Positions 38,743-51,047 of a stretch of 64,000 nt of DNA are shown piece after piece. This DNA is from Malacoraja senta (lineage: Eukaryota): positions 5,334,001 through 5,398,000 of the forward strand of contig CM075997.1 in assembly GCA_038087875.1 (NCBI GenBank). Direction: 5' to 3'. Numbering within the stretch: the first letter of the stretch is position 1; every line of letters starts with the position of its first letter. Under the pieces are notes generated by a model that saw only the letters and a program-made list of their open reading frames with translations, did not search any database and was not told the DNA's origin. The translations under genes were made by a program, and so were the position numbers.

Positions 38743-39029
38743 TTAGGTTAGTTTAGTTTAAAGATACAGCACGGAAACAGGCCCTTCGGCCCACCGAGCC
38801 CGCGCCAACCAGCGATCACTCCATGTACTAACACTATCCTACACACAACAGGAACAATTTACAGTTTTAGCAAGCCAATTAATCCACAAACCTGTATGTC
38901 TTTGGAGTGTAGGAGGAAACCGGAGCACCCGGAGAAAACCCACGTAGGTCACGGGGAGAACGTACAAACTCCGTACAGACAGAACTCGCAGTCAGGATTG
39001 AACCCGGGTCTCTGGCGCTGTGAGGCAGC
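38743..39029 (-). mobile_element. tRNA-derived SINE, split by the hAT element (head at 40552-40590)
   Basis: ...GCGCTGTGAGGCAGC continues as AACTCTACCGCTGCACCACTGTGCC after 40559. Confidence 0.9.
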
Positions 39030-39060
39030 CAGTGATGGAAATGGGGGGGTACGCTGGGGT

Positions 39061-39347
39061 ACTGTCTAAGAACTTGGCGCTCATCAGACCTGGCGTCTCT
39101 CCGCCGTAAACGGAGTTCACCTCCTGGACGCTCAACTCGTAGACCACCCGCTCCTTCCTGAAGCGGATATCAAACAGCTGTAAACCGCTGACGGGACTGT
39201 GACGGAACGCGAACTCCCAGTCAAAGTAGCCTACGTGGTTGTTTACAATGAGGTCCACGTGCCTCAAACTGGAGGGGGCCGTAGGTTTGAAACTTCTGGC
39301 GAGGTCTCAGCGAGGCGTAGTTGGGATCCAAATCTGTCCTTTGGATC
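39061..39347 (-). pseudogene. Copper-containing amine oxidase (AOC2/AOC3-like) gene fragment, frameshifted, inside the hAT element
   Basis: Two overlapping frames give DPNYASLRPRQKFQTYGPLQFEARGP / IVNNHVGYFDWEFAFRHSPVSGLQLFDIRFRKERVVYELSVQEVNSVYGGETPGLMSAKFLDS. This matches the recalled AOC pattern PLQF..GPRF.V....V....W.F.F......G...FDVRF.GER..YE.S.QE....YGG. Frameshift at ~39250; truncated at both ends. Confidence 0.88.
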
Positions 39348-40043
39348 TCTCTCGCTCTCTCACTCCCTCCCTCTCTCCCTCTCGCCTCAGCATTCCCGGA
39401 ATCATTTGGCATTTTGTGGGGACGGCTGCATCTGCGGTTCCTTCCTGTTGGGGGGGAATCCTGGCCTGTGGCGGCTCCTGGTCTGTTCCCTCCACGGGTG
39501 CCGCCTGGCCCGTGGCGGCTCCTGGTCCGTTCCCTCCACGGGTGCCGCCTGGCCCGCTGAGTTCCTCCAGCACTCTGTGTTTTTTGTTTGGCTCTGGAGT
39601 TGAAGATGGACACGGGTGGGATGGGGTGGCTCAGCGGGACGGGCGGCGGCTCTGGGGAGTGGGTGGAGTTTCGGGTCGAGACCCTTCTGCGGACAATCAC
39701 AAGGACTCTCACCGACGAGAGTTCAGTTCAGTCTGAAGAAGGGTCTTCTCTCCAGAGTCGCTGCCTGTCCCGCTGAGTTGCTCCAGCTTTATGTCTAACT
39801 TCAATGTCAAGAGTTAAATAAAAAACACAGAGTGCTGGAGGAACTCAGCGGGCTTGGCGGCATCTGTCGAGGGAATGGATTAGGAGTTGTTTCGGGCCAG
39901 GCTTCTTCTTCAATAGGAAGGAACAGCAGATCAAAGATACTAGAGAAGATACTAGTATCTTTGCTGCAGATCAGGCATGATATTCTTCCGATTTAAATCG
40001 GAATTTCGATTTTATTGTTTTCCTATTTGTCCATTTTTTGTGC

Positions 40044-40290
40044 CCAATTATTTGGCGACCAATCAACTGCTGTCTCTAAGGGGGTTGCGTCAAATCACCG
40101 ACCAGCTTCCCTTAAAATTCCCGTCCAATCAACAAATCGGTCTCCTCCCGTCCAATCAGCTGCTGTCTCCAAGGGCATTGTGTCCAATCACATAATGTGC
40201 TGGTCACTCGGCGGCCAATCAGACACATTCTCCGTGGGGCCTTTTAATCAATCACCGACCTGCTTCCCTCACCGAAGTAGACGATGGCTG
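40044..40290. promoter_or_regulatory. Cluster of phased CCAAT (NF-Y-like) boxes inside the hAT element
   Basis: CCAAT at 40044, 40059, 40125, 40152, 40184, 40215; variants CAAAT 40091 and TCAAT 40248; several 31-34 bp spacings. Confidence 0.5.
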
Positions 40291-40296
40291 CAGCCA

Positions 40297-40341
<45 letters not shown>

Positions 40342-40851
40342 GAGAGCGGGAGAGAGAGAGAGAGATGCAAGAAAGCAGCTGACATATAATACACAATAAG
40401 CTATATTATAAATACACAATAAACAAGTTATGCATTCTTGCACTTACATGGGTATAACCGCACATTAAAAAAATGTCCCCCCCTTCCTTCCAAACCTCAG
40501 CCTCACGGACCTTAGAGTACCCCTAGTTTCTAAAACACATTTCCATCACTGGAGGCAGCAACTCTACCGCTGCACCACTGTGCCACCACACAGTGCATGG
40601 TAAATTCGAGTAAAGTCTAATTGAACATAGTCCGAGGGTCTCCAGTGAGGTAGACAGAGAAACATGATACCACCCATGGATTTAACAGAGTGAAGGAGAA
40701 ACAAACTTATGGGAGACAAAGCGTTTTCATGGTACAAGGACCTCCCAGTGACGTACGACACGCTCGACAGCAACTAGAGAAAGACATTCATTACACCCGC
40801 ACAAAGCTCCCACTTTATGTAGTCAGCAGCTCACAGTAAAGGCTTTTGAAA

Positions 40852-41290
40852 GAATGGATCGACTGGGCTTATATCCACTGGAATTTAGAAGGATGAGAGG
40901 GCATCTTATAGAAACATACAAAATTCTTAAGGGATTGGACAGGCTAGATGTAGTAAAAATGTTCCCAATGTTGGGGGTGTCCAGAACCAGGGGTCACAGT
41001 TTAAGAATAAGGGTTAGTCCATTTAGGACTGAGATGAGGAAAAGCTTTTTCACCCAGAGAGTTGTGAATCTGTGGAGTTCTCTGCCACAGAAGGCAGTGG
41101 AGGCCAATTCACTGGATGTACTCGAGAGAATTAGATATAGATCTTGGGGCTAACGGAATCAAGGGATATGGGGTGAAAGCAGAAACGGGCAACTGATTGT
41201 GGATGATCAGCCATGATCATATCGAATTGCGGTGCTGGCTCGAAGGGCCGAATGGCCTATTCCTGCACCTATTTTCCATGTTTCTATGAT
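40852..41290 (+). mobile_element. CR1 LINE 3' fragment
   Basis: RLGLYPLEFRRMRGHLIETYKI. Confidence 0.85.
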
Positions 41291-41639
41291 TTTCAGGTCA
41301 ATTCCAGGCACAGTTTATTAAGTTTTAGGAGCAGAATTAGGTAAATCGGCCCATCAAGCCTACTCCTCCATTCAATTATGGCTGATCTATCTCTCCCTCT
41401 CAACCCCAGTCTCCTGCCTTTCCCCATAACCCCAGACACCCGTACTAATCAAGAATCTGTTAATCTCCACCTTAAAAAATATGTATTGATGGCAATGAAT
41501 TCCACAGATTCACCACCATCTGACTGAAGAAATTCCTCCTCATCTCCTTTTTAAAGGTACATCCTTTAATTCTGAGGCTGTGCCCTCTGGTCCTAGACTC
41601 TCCCACTAGTGGAAACATCTTCTCCACATCCATTCTATC

Positions 41640-42460
41640 ACATCGCTAGAGACAACAACCTTTCACTCAACGTCGGCAAGGCAAAGGAGATAGTGATCGA
41701 CCTCAGGAACCACATACCCCAGCTTTCATAGATGGTGCCGAAGTAGAGGTGGTTGAAAACTTCAAATTCCTCGGAGGCAATATCACCAACAGCATCTCCT
41801 GGACCACCCATTTTGCAGCAACCACCAAAAGGCACATCAACGCATCTACGTTCTTAGAAGGCTGAGTACGTTTGGCACAACTCTCACCAACTTCTACAGA
41901 TGCACCATAGAATGCATTTTGTCAGGATGCATCACAGCACGGTTTGGGGACAACCACATTCAGGACCGCAAGAAATTGCAGCGAATTGTGGACGCAGCCC
42001 AGACCATCACACTAACCAACCTCCCTTCTATTGACTCCATTTTCACCTCACGCTGCCTCGGCAAGGCCAGCAGCATAATCAAGGACCAGTCTCACCCCGG
42101 CCACTCCCTCTTCTCCCCTCTCTCATCGGGTAAATGGTATAGAAGTGTGAAAATGCACATCTCCAGATTCAGGGACAGTTTCTTCCCAGCTGTTATCAGG
42201 CAACTGAACCATCCTACCGCAACCAGAGAGCAGTGCTGAACTACTATCTACCTCACTGGTGACCCTCGGACTATCTTTGATCGGACTTTGCTGGCTTTAC
42301 CTTGCACTTAACGTTATTCCCTTATCATGTATCTGTACACTATAAATGGCTCGATTGTAATCATGTATTGTCTTTCTGCTGGCTGGCTAGCACACAACAA
42401 AAGCTTTTCACTGTACCTCGGTACACGTGACAATAAACTAGACTAAACAAACCTAACTAA
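41640..42460 (+). mobile_element. Rex1/Babar-type LINE 3' fragment nested in a CR1 fragment
   Basis: RKKLQRIVDAAQTIT...HPGHSLFSPL; CR1 sequence resumes at ~42461. Confidence 0.82.
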
Positions 42461-43379
42461 ACTATCCAGGCCTTTCATTACAAGGTAAGTTTCAATGAGG
42501 TTGCCCCCCTCCCTCCCCATCCTTCTAAACTCCAGTGAGTGGAGGCCCAGTGCTGTCAAAAGCTCATCATAGGTTAACCCACTCATTACTGGGATCATCA
42601 CTCCTCTAGACCCTCTCCAGAGTCAGCACATCCTTCCTCAGATATGGGGCCCAAAATTTCTCACGGTACTCCAAATGCGGTCTGGCCAGCGCCTTATAGA
42701 GCCTCAGCATTGCACACATGGATTTTGTATTCCAGTCCTCTCGAAATCAATGCTAGCATTGCGTTTGTCTTCTTATTATCGATTCGACATGTGGATTAAC
42801 TTTTGGGAATCCTGCACCAGTACTCCCAAGTCCCTTTGCACCTCTGGTTTCTGGATTTTCTCCCCATTGGGAAAATAGTCTACGCATTAGTGGAAACATA
42901 ATTGAAACATAGAGAATAGGTGCAGGAGTAGGCCATTCGGCCCTTCGAGCCAGCACTACCATTCAATATGATCGTGGTTGATCAACCAAAATCAGTACCC
43001 CATTCCTGCTTTCTCCCCATATCCCTTGATTCCATTAGCTCTAAGAACTAAATCTAACTCTCTCTTGAATACATCCAGTGAATTGGCCTCCGCTGCCATC
43101 TGTGGCAGAGAATTCCGCAGATTCACAGCTATCTTGGTGAAAAAGATTTTCCTCATCTCAGTCCTTAATGGTCGACCCCTTATTCCTAACATTCTCCTCT
43201 CCACATTCACTCTATACAAGACTTCCATTGTTCGAAGTTGATGTTTCAAGTTGTATGTCGGACTTAGTTTAGTTTAGTTTAGTTTACAGACACAGCGTGG
43301 AAACAGGCACTTTTTCCTCAACATCCTCAATCCTCAACACTGGTGCTCTACAAGGATGTGTTCTCATCTCCCTTCTTTA

Positions 43380-44500
43380 CTCTATCCCCTACTCCAAATT
43401 CTTCAGTCTACGCCGCATCTGCGCCCAGGATGAGGTGTTCCATACCAGGGCATCGGAGATGTCCTCATTCTTTAGGAAACAGGGTTTCCCCTCTTCCATT
43501 ATAGATCAGGCTCTCACTCGGGTCTCCTCGATATCCCGCAGCTCCGCTCTTACTCCCCTCCCCCCATTCATGACAAGAAGAGAGTCCGCCTTGGCCTCAC
43601 CTTCCACCCCATCAGCTGTCGCACACAACACATAATCCTCAGACATTTTCGCCACCTCCAACGGGATCTCACCACCAGCCTCATCTTCCCATCTCCACCT
43701 CTTTCCGCTTTCCCCAGAGACCGCTCCCTCTGCAACTCCCTGGTCAACTCGTCGCACCCCAGCCAAACCACCCCCTCCCCAGGTACTTTTCCCTGCAATG
43801 GCAGGAGATGCAACACCTGTCCCTATACCTCCCCCCTTGCATCCGTCCAAGGATCCCGACAGTCTTTTTAGGTGAGGCAGAGGTTCACGTGAACCTCCTC
43901 CAACCTCATCTACTGTATCTGCTGTTCCAGGTGTATCGGCGAGACCAAGCGCAGGCTGGGCGATCGTTTCGCTGAACACCTCTGCTCAGTCCGCCTAAAC
44001 CTACCTGATCTCCCGGTTGCTCAACACTTTAACTCCCCCTCCCATTCCCACACTGACCTTTCTGTCCTGGGCCTCCTCCATTGTCAGAGTGAGGCCCAGC
44101 GCAAATTGGAGGAACAGCACCTCATATTTTGCTTGGGCAGCTTACACCCCAGTGGTATGAATATTGACTTCTCTAACGTCAAGTAACCCTTGCTTTCCCT
44201 CTCTCTCCATCCTGCCCCCTTCCCAGTTCACCGACCAGTCTCACTGTCCCCGATTACATTTTATCTCTGTATGTTTTGTTGGTGCCTTCCCCTAGCTAAC
44301 AATGATCTAATCTACATGTTGGGTGAACTTTGTCCACTTTGATGTCTCCTTTTCACACCTTACACTTCCTTATCTCTGTCTCCCTCTCCCCTGATCCTCA
44401 GTCTAAAGAAGGGTCTCGACCAGAAACGTCACCCAATCCTTCTCTCCAGCATGTCGCCTGTCCCGCTCAGTTATTCCAGCATTTTGTGTCTATCTTCAAC
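43380..44500 (+). mobile_element. Penelope-like element 3' part, degenerate
   Basis: SIPYSKFFSLRRICAQDEVFHTRASEMSSFF; homologous to 18189-19496 but with stops and frameshifts; ends in the shared terminal repeat. Confidence 0.88.
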
Positions 44501-45064
44501 AAATAAGCTATATAAATTGCTTCCAAGTCTCTCGTGCAAACAGGGCAGTTTGTAGTTCAGTTGGAGTTCATCGTGTTCAATGGCATATTGGTTTTTGGGA
44601 AGAACTTTCTCCAGAACCTGGAAGTTAGAGTTTCCAGGCTCCTGTACCTTCTTCCCGATGGCAGGAGTGAAATGAAAGCATGGCCAGGGTGCTAACCTTC
44701 TCTCTCTCTCTATGTTATCCTACTTTCTCATTCACTCCCCACACACTCAAGGCATCTTACAGAGGGCCAATTATCCCACAAAGCCACACATCTCTGGGAT
44801 GTGGGTGGAAATCGGAGCACCCGGAGAAAACCCACACGATCACAGAGAGATCGTGCAAACTCCACATAGACAGTTAGTTGAGGAATATAATGTAGTGACA
44901 ATAAATGAAACACGGTACTCTCATTGTTACTGATCCAAAGTATCGTTAATAAAGATGGGGAGGAAAGAAATGAGGTGGTGGTACTAATTAGTGAAGGCAT
45001 TACCATGCTGAGAAAGAGAGAGTCCAATCAGTTGGAATGAAGAGGCCAATATTCACTGGCATGA

Positions 45065-45680
45065 TGTGTGGGAAGGATCTGCAGATGCTGGTTTAAACCA
45101 AAGATAGACACAAAAAGCTGGAGTAACTCAGCGGGACATGCTGCATCTTTGGAGAGAAGGAATGGGTGACGTTTCAGATCGAGATACTTCTTCAGACTGG
45201 TTAGGGATAAGGCATACGAGAGATAGACGATGATAAAGAATGATAAATGAAAGATTTGCAAAAAGGTAATGATGATAAAGGAAACAGGCCATTGTAAGCT
45301 GTTTGTAGGGTGAAAACGAGAAGCTGGTGTGACTTTGGTGAGGGAGGGGTATAGAGAGAGGGAATGCCGGGGCTACCTGAAGTGAGAGAAATCAATATTC
45401 ATACCACAGGGCTGTAAGCTGCCCAAGCGAAATATGAGATGCTGTTCCTCCAATTTGCGTTTAGCCTCACTCTGACAATGGAGGAGACTGAGGACAGAAA
45501 GGTCAGTGTAGGAATGGGAAGGAGAAGTGTTTAGCAACTGGGAGATCAGGTTGGTTCAGGTGGACTGAGCGAAGGTGTTCAGTGAAACGATCGCCCAGTC
45601 CACGTTTGGTCTCACCGATGTATAAGAGTCCACAGCTAGAACAGCGGATACAGTAGATGAGGTTGGAGGAGGTGCAAGTG
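45065..45680 (-). mobile_element. Penelope-like element 3' fragment
   Basis: Homologous to the GIY-YIG C-terminus and 3' terminal repeat of the other copies. Confidence 0.8.
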
Positions 45681-46920
45681 TTTACTGTTAAGTTGAAATA
45701 CGATGCAACTGCATTTCTTGTTGTGAAGCAGTCGTTCAGGGATACTGTATCAATTTAAATGAGACTGGAAAACAAAACTACAGCGATATTTAAATTGACG
45801 TGGGTTTTGGGATCTTTCTTCCTCTTGGGAGCTCTACAAACGTCAGCCGGAATGACCCAACGGCCGTCTCCTGACGTTCTAGGCATCTGATGAAACACAA
45901 CTGTGATTCACCATTCATTGTGCAAGCATTGCTTCCATCTCTCTCATCCAATTATAGACACAACAAGCTAGAGTAACTCAGCGGGACAGGCAGCATCTCT
46001 GCAGAGAAGGAATGGGTGACGTTTCGGATCTCGAAGAAGGGTCTCGACCCAAAATGTCGCCCATTCCTTCTCTCCAGAGATGCTGCCTGTCCCGCTGAGT
46101 TACTCCAGCATTTTGTGTCTATCTTCACTGGCATGATGTGGGGTCATTGTATGGTCCACCGACTAGCCAGTACTCACTGGAGTTATGAAGGATGAGGGGG
46201 ACCTCATTGAAACGTACCGAATTGTGAAAGTCTTGGATAAAGTGGATGTGGAGAGGATGTTTCCACCAGTGGGAGAGTCTAGGACTAGAGGTCACAGCCT
46301 CAGAATAAAATGACGTATCTTTGGAAAGGATATGAGATGGGTCAGATGGTGGTGAATCTGTGGTATTCATTGACACAGACGGCTGTGGAAGCCGTCAATG
46401 GATATTTTTAGAGATTGACAGATTCTTGATTAGTACGGGGTCAGTTATGGGGAGAAGGCAGGAGAATGGGGATGAGAGGGAGAGATAGATCAGCCATGAT
46501 TGAATGGTGGTGTCGACTCGATGAGCCAATAGCCAATAGACAATAGACAATAGGTGCAGGATAGGCCTTTCGGCCCTTTGGCCATTCAATATGATCATGG
46601 CTGATCATCCACAATCAGTACCCCGTTCCTGCCTTCTCGCCATATCCCCTGACTCTACAATCCTTAAGTGCTCTATCCAACTCTCTCTTGAAAGCATCCA
46701 GAGAATTGGCCTCCACTACCTTTTGAAGCAGAGAAATCCACAGATTCACAACCCTCTGTGTGAAAAAGATTTTCCTCATCTCCGTTCTAAATGGCTTACC
46801 CCTTATTCTTAAACTGTGGCCCTTGGTTCTGGACTCCCCCAACATCGGGAACATGTTTCCTGCCTCCAGCGTGTCCAAACCCTTAATAATCTTATATGTT
46901 TCAATAAGATCCCCTCTTAT

Positions 46921-49392
46921 AGAAACATGGAAACATAGAAAATAGGTGCAGGAGGAGGCCATTCGGCCCTTTGAGCCAGCACCGCCATTCATTGTGATCA
47001 TGGCTGATCGTCCCCTATCAATAACCCATGCATGCCTTCTCCCCATATCCCTTGACTCCACTAGCCCCTAGAGCTCTATCTAACTCTCTCTTAAATCCAT
47101 CCAGTGACTTGGCCTCCACTGCCCTCTGTGGCAGGGAATTCCATAAATTCACAACTCTCTGGGTGAAAAAGTTTTTTCTCACCTCAGTCTTAAATGACCT
47201 CCCCTTTATTCTAAGACTATGGCCCCTGGTTCTGGACTCGCCCAACATTGGGAACATTTTTCCTGCATCTAGCTTGTCCAGTCCTTTTATAATTTTATAT
47301 GTTTCTATAAGAACCCCCCTCATCCTTCTAAACTCCAGTGAATACAAGCCTAGTCTTTTCAATCTTTCCTCATATGTCAGTCCCGCCATCACAGGGATCA
47401 ATCTCGTGAACCTACGCTGCACTGCCTCAATCACAAGGATGTCCTTCCTCAAATTAGGAGATCAAAACTGTACACAATACTCCAGATGTGGTCTCACCAG
47501 AGCCCTTTACAACTGCAGAAGAACCTCTTTACTCCTATACTGAAATCCTCTTGTTATGAAGGCCAACATTCCATTAGCTTTCTTCACTGCCTGCTGTGCC
47601 TGTAAGCCAACTTTCAGTGACTGGTGTACAAGGACACCCAGGTCTCGCTGCAACTCCCCCTTACCTAATGTAACCCAATTGAGATAATAATCTGCCCCCT
47701 TGTTTTTGCCGCCAAAGTGTATAACATCATATTTATCTATATTATACTGCATCTGCCACGCATCTGCCCACTCACTCAACCTGTCCAGGTCACCCTGCAA
47801 CCTCCTAACATCCTCTTCACAGTTCACACTGCCACCCAGCTTTGTGTCATCCGCAAACTTGCTAGTGTTGCTCCTAATTCCCTCTTCCAAATCATTAATA
47901 TATATGGTAAACAGTTGCGGCCCCAACACCGACCCTTGCGGCACTCCACTCGCCACTGCCTGCCATTCTGAAAAGGACCCGTTCATTCCTACTCTTTGCT
48001 TCCGGTCTGTCAACCAATTTTCTATCCATGTCAACACCCTACCCCCAATACCATGTGTTCTAATTTTAGTCACCAGTCTCCCGTGCGGGACCTTATCAAA
48101 GGCTTTCTGAAAGTCTAGATACACTACATCCACTGGCACCCCTTCATCCATTTTATTTGTCACATCCTCAGAAAATTCCAGAAGATTAGTCAAGCATGAT
48201 TTCCCTTTCATAAATCCATGTTGTCTTGGACTAATCCTTTTACTGCTATCCAAATGCCTCATTATTACCTCTTTAATAATTGACTCCAGCATCTTTCCCA
48301 CCACCGAAGTCAGGCGAACTGGTCTGAAATTCCCCGTTCCTCTACCCCCTTAGATCCTCTGCCCTCCAGTACATCTGGGAGATCCGAAGTACCTGTTCAA
48401 CTCTTCTGCCATTTCCTTGTTGCCCATAATAATTTCTCCCGTGTCTGCCTTCAAGGGACCCACATTTGACTTTGCTACTCTTTTACCCTTAACATATCTA
48501 AAGAAGCTTTTACTGTCCTTCTTTATATTCCTGGCCAATTTCCCCTCGTACTTCATCTTTTCAGCCCGTATTGCCCGTTTTGTTTCCTTCTGTTGTCCTA
48601 TGAAAGTTTCCCAATCCTCTGGCTTCTGGCTACTCTTTGCTGTGTTATACATCTTTTATTTTAGTTTTATTCTATCCCTAGCTTCTCTTGTCAGCCACGG
48701 TTGCCTCCTATTCCCCTTAGAATCTTTCATCCTATTTGTAATGAAATGATCCTGCGTCTCCCGGATTATGCCCAGAAATTCCTGCCATTGCTGTTCCACC
48801 GTCATTCCTGCTAGGATCCCTTTCCAGTCTACCTTGGCCAGCTCCTCTCTCATACCTTCGTAGTCCTCTTTGTTCAACTGCATCACTGACACTTCCGATT
48901 TAATGTTCTCCTTCTCAAATTGCAGATTAAAACTAATCATATTAAGATCACTACCTCCAAGCGGTTCCTTTACCTCGAGTTCTCTTATCATATCTGGTTC
49001 ATTGGACAACACTAAATCCAAAATTGCCTTGTCTCTGGTCGGCTCCATTACAAGCTGCTCTAAGAATCCATCTCGGAGGCATTCTACAAACTCTCTTTCT
49101 TGGGGTCCTGAACCAACCTGATTTTCCCAGTCTACCTGCATATTGAAATCCCCCATCACCACAGTGGCATTACCTTTGTTACATGCCAGTTTTAACTCCT
49201 GCTGCAACTTACACCCTACATCCGGGCTAATATTTGGGGGTCTGTAGATAACACCAATTAGGGTCTTCTTGCCTTTACAATTCCTCAACTCAATCCACAG
49301 TAACTCTACCTACTCCAACTACAATGGCGTTGCCTGACTTTGGCCTCTTTGGTTTTGGCTCAACAGCCCTTTTGCTTCGCAAGCTTTTGCTT
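46921..49392 (-). mobile_element. CR1 (HER1-like) LINE, internally deleted, nested in an older CR1
   Basis: EN motifs (IGVIYRPPN, MGDFN, ILDLVL) and RT motifs (YLDFQKAFDKVPH, GVPQGSVLGP, KFADDTKL); (ATAGAAAC)n-type tail; TSD CTCTTAT (46914-46920, 49393-49399). Confidence 0.92.
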
Positions 49393-51047
49393 CTCTTATC
49401 CTTCTAAATTCCAGTGTATACAAGCCCAGCCGCTCCATTCAATCAACATATGACAGTCCTGTCATCCCGGGAATTAACCTTGTAAACCTACGCTGCTCTC
49501 CCTCAATACCAAAAATGTCCTTCCTCAAATCTGGAGACCAAAATTGAACACAATACTCAAGGTATGGTCTCACTAGGGCACTGTACAACTGCAGAAGGAC
49601 CTCTTTGCTCCTATACTCAACTCCTCTTGTTATGAAGGCCAACATGCCATTCGCTTTCCTCACTGCCTGTGGTACCTGCATGCTTACTTTCAGTGACTGA
49701 AAACAAGGACCCCCAGATCTCATTGTACTTCCCCTTTTCCCAACTTGACACCATTCAGATAATAATCTGCCTTCCTGTTTTTGCCACCAAAGTGGATAAC
49801 CTCACATTGATCCACATTAAACTTCATCTGCCATGCATCTGCCCACTCCCCCAACCTGTCCAAGTTACCCTGCATCCTCATAGCATCCTCCTCACAGTTC
49901 ACACTGCCACCCAGCTTTGTGTCATCTGCAAATTTGCTAATGTTACTTTTAATCCCATCATCTAAATCATTAATGTATATTGTAAATAGCTGCGGTCCCA
50001 GCACCAAGCCTTGCGGTACCCCACTAGTCACTGCCTGCCATTCTGAAAGGGACCTGTTAATCCCTACTCTTTGTTTCCTATCTGCCAACCAATTTTCTAT
50101 CCATATCAGGACCCTACCCCCAATACCATGTGCATTAATTTTGCCCACTAATCTCCTATGTGGGACCTTATCAAATGCTTTGTGAAAGTCCAGGTACACT
50201 ACATCCACTGGCTCTCCCTTGTCCATTTTCCTAGTTACATCCTCAAAAAATTCCAGAAGATTAGTCAGGCATGATTTCCCCTTCGTAAATCCACGCTGAC
50301 TCGGACCGATCCTGTTACTGCTATCCAAATGTGCGGCTATTTCAAGAACTGATCCTGAATATATAGAACATTGGAAAATTATCACCAATGCGTCCACGAT
50401 TTCTAGAGCCACTTCCTTAAGTACCCTGGGATGCAGACCATCAGGCCCTGGGGATTTATCAGCCTTCAGTCCCATCTGTCTACCCAACACCATTTCCTCC
50501 CTAATGTGGATTTCTTCAATTGCTCCGTCACCCCAGATCCTCTGGTCACTAGTACATCAGGGAGATTGTTTGTGACCCCATTTCCTTGTTCTCCATAATA
50601 AATTCATCTGTTTCAGTCTTCAAGGATCCAACTTTGGTCTTAACTATTTTTTTACTCTTCACATACTTAGAGAAGCTTTTACTATCCTGCTTTATATTCT
50701 TGGCTAGCTTATCTTCGTACCTCATCTTTTCTCCCCGTATTGCCATTTTAGTTATCTTCTGTTGCTCTTTAAATGTTTCCCAATCCTCTGGCTTCCCGCT
50801 CATCTTGGCTATGTTGTACTTCTTCCCTTTTATTTTTATACTGTCCCTGACTTCCCTTGACAGCCACGGTTGCCCCCTTACTCCCCTTGGAATCTTCCTT
50901 CCTCTTTGGAGTGAACTGATCCTGCACCTTCTGTATTATTCCCAGAAATACCTGCCATTGTTTTTGCACTGTCATCACTGCTAGGGTATCTTTCCAGTCA
51001 ACTTTGGCCAGCTCCTCCCTCATGGCTCCATAGTCCCCTTTGTTCAA
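49393..51047 (-). mobile_element. CR1 LINE (host copy; its 3' end continues at ~46528-46920)
   Basis: KSPGPDGLHPRVLKE, YLDFHKAFDKVPH, FADDTKL; internal deletions; collinear across the nested insertion. Confidence 0.9.

Larger units (their letters stand above)
39030..40551. mobile_element. Non-autonomous hAT-type DNA transposon carrying captured host sequence
   Basis: Perfect 14-bp TIR CAGTGATGGAAATG (39030-39043) / CATTTCCATCACTG (40538-40551). 8-bp TSD GAGGCAGC (39022-39029, 40552-40559). Removing the element restores a continuous SINE head. No transposase ORF. Confidence 0.9.

Noticed and set aside
38992..39712. AOC segment as an exon of a resident gene with gremlin nested in its intron
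   Set aside because: It is frameshifted, lacks convincing splice sites, has no other AOC exons in the window and is enclosed by TIRs and a TSD.
47018..49288. CR1 ORFs as an active LINE
   Set aside because: Split into four frames with internal deletions; non-functional.
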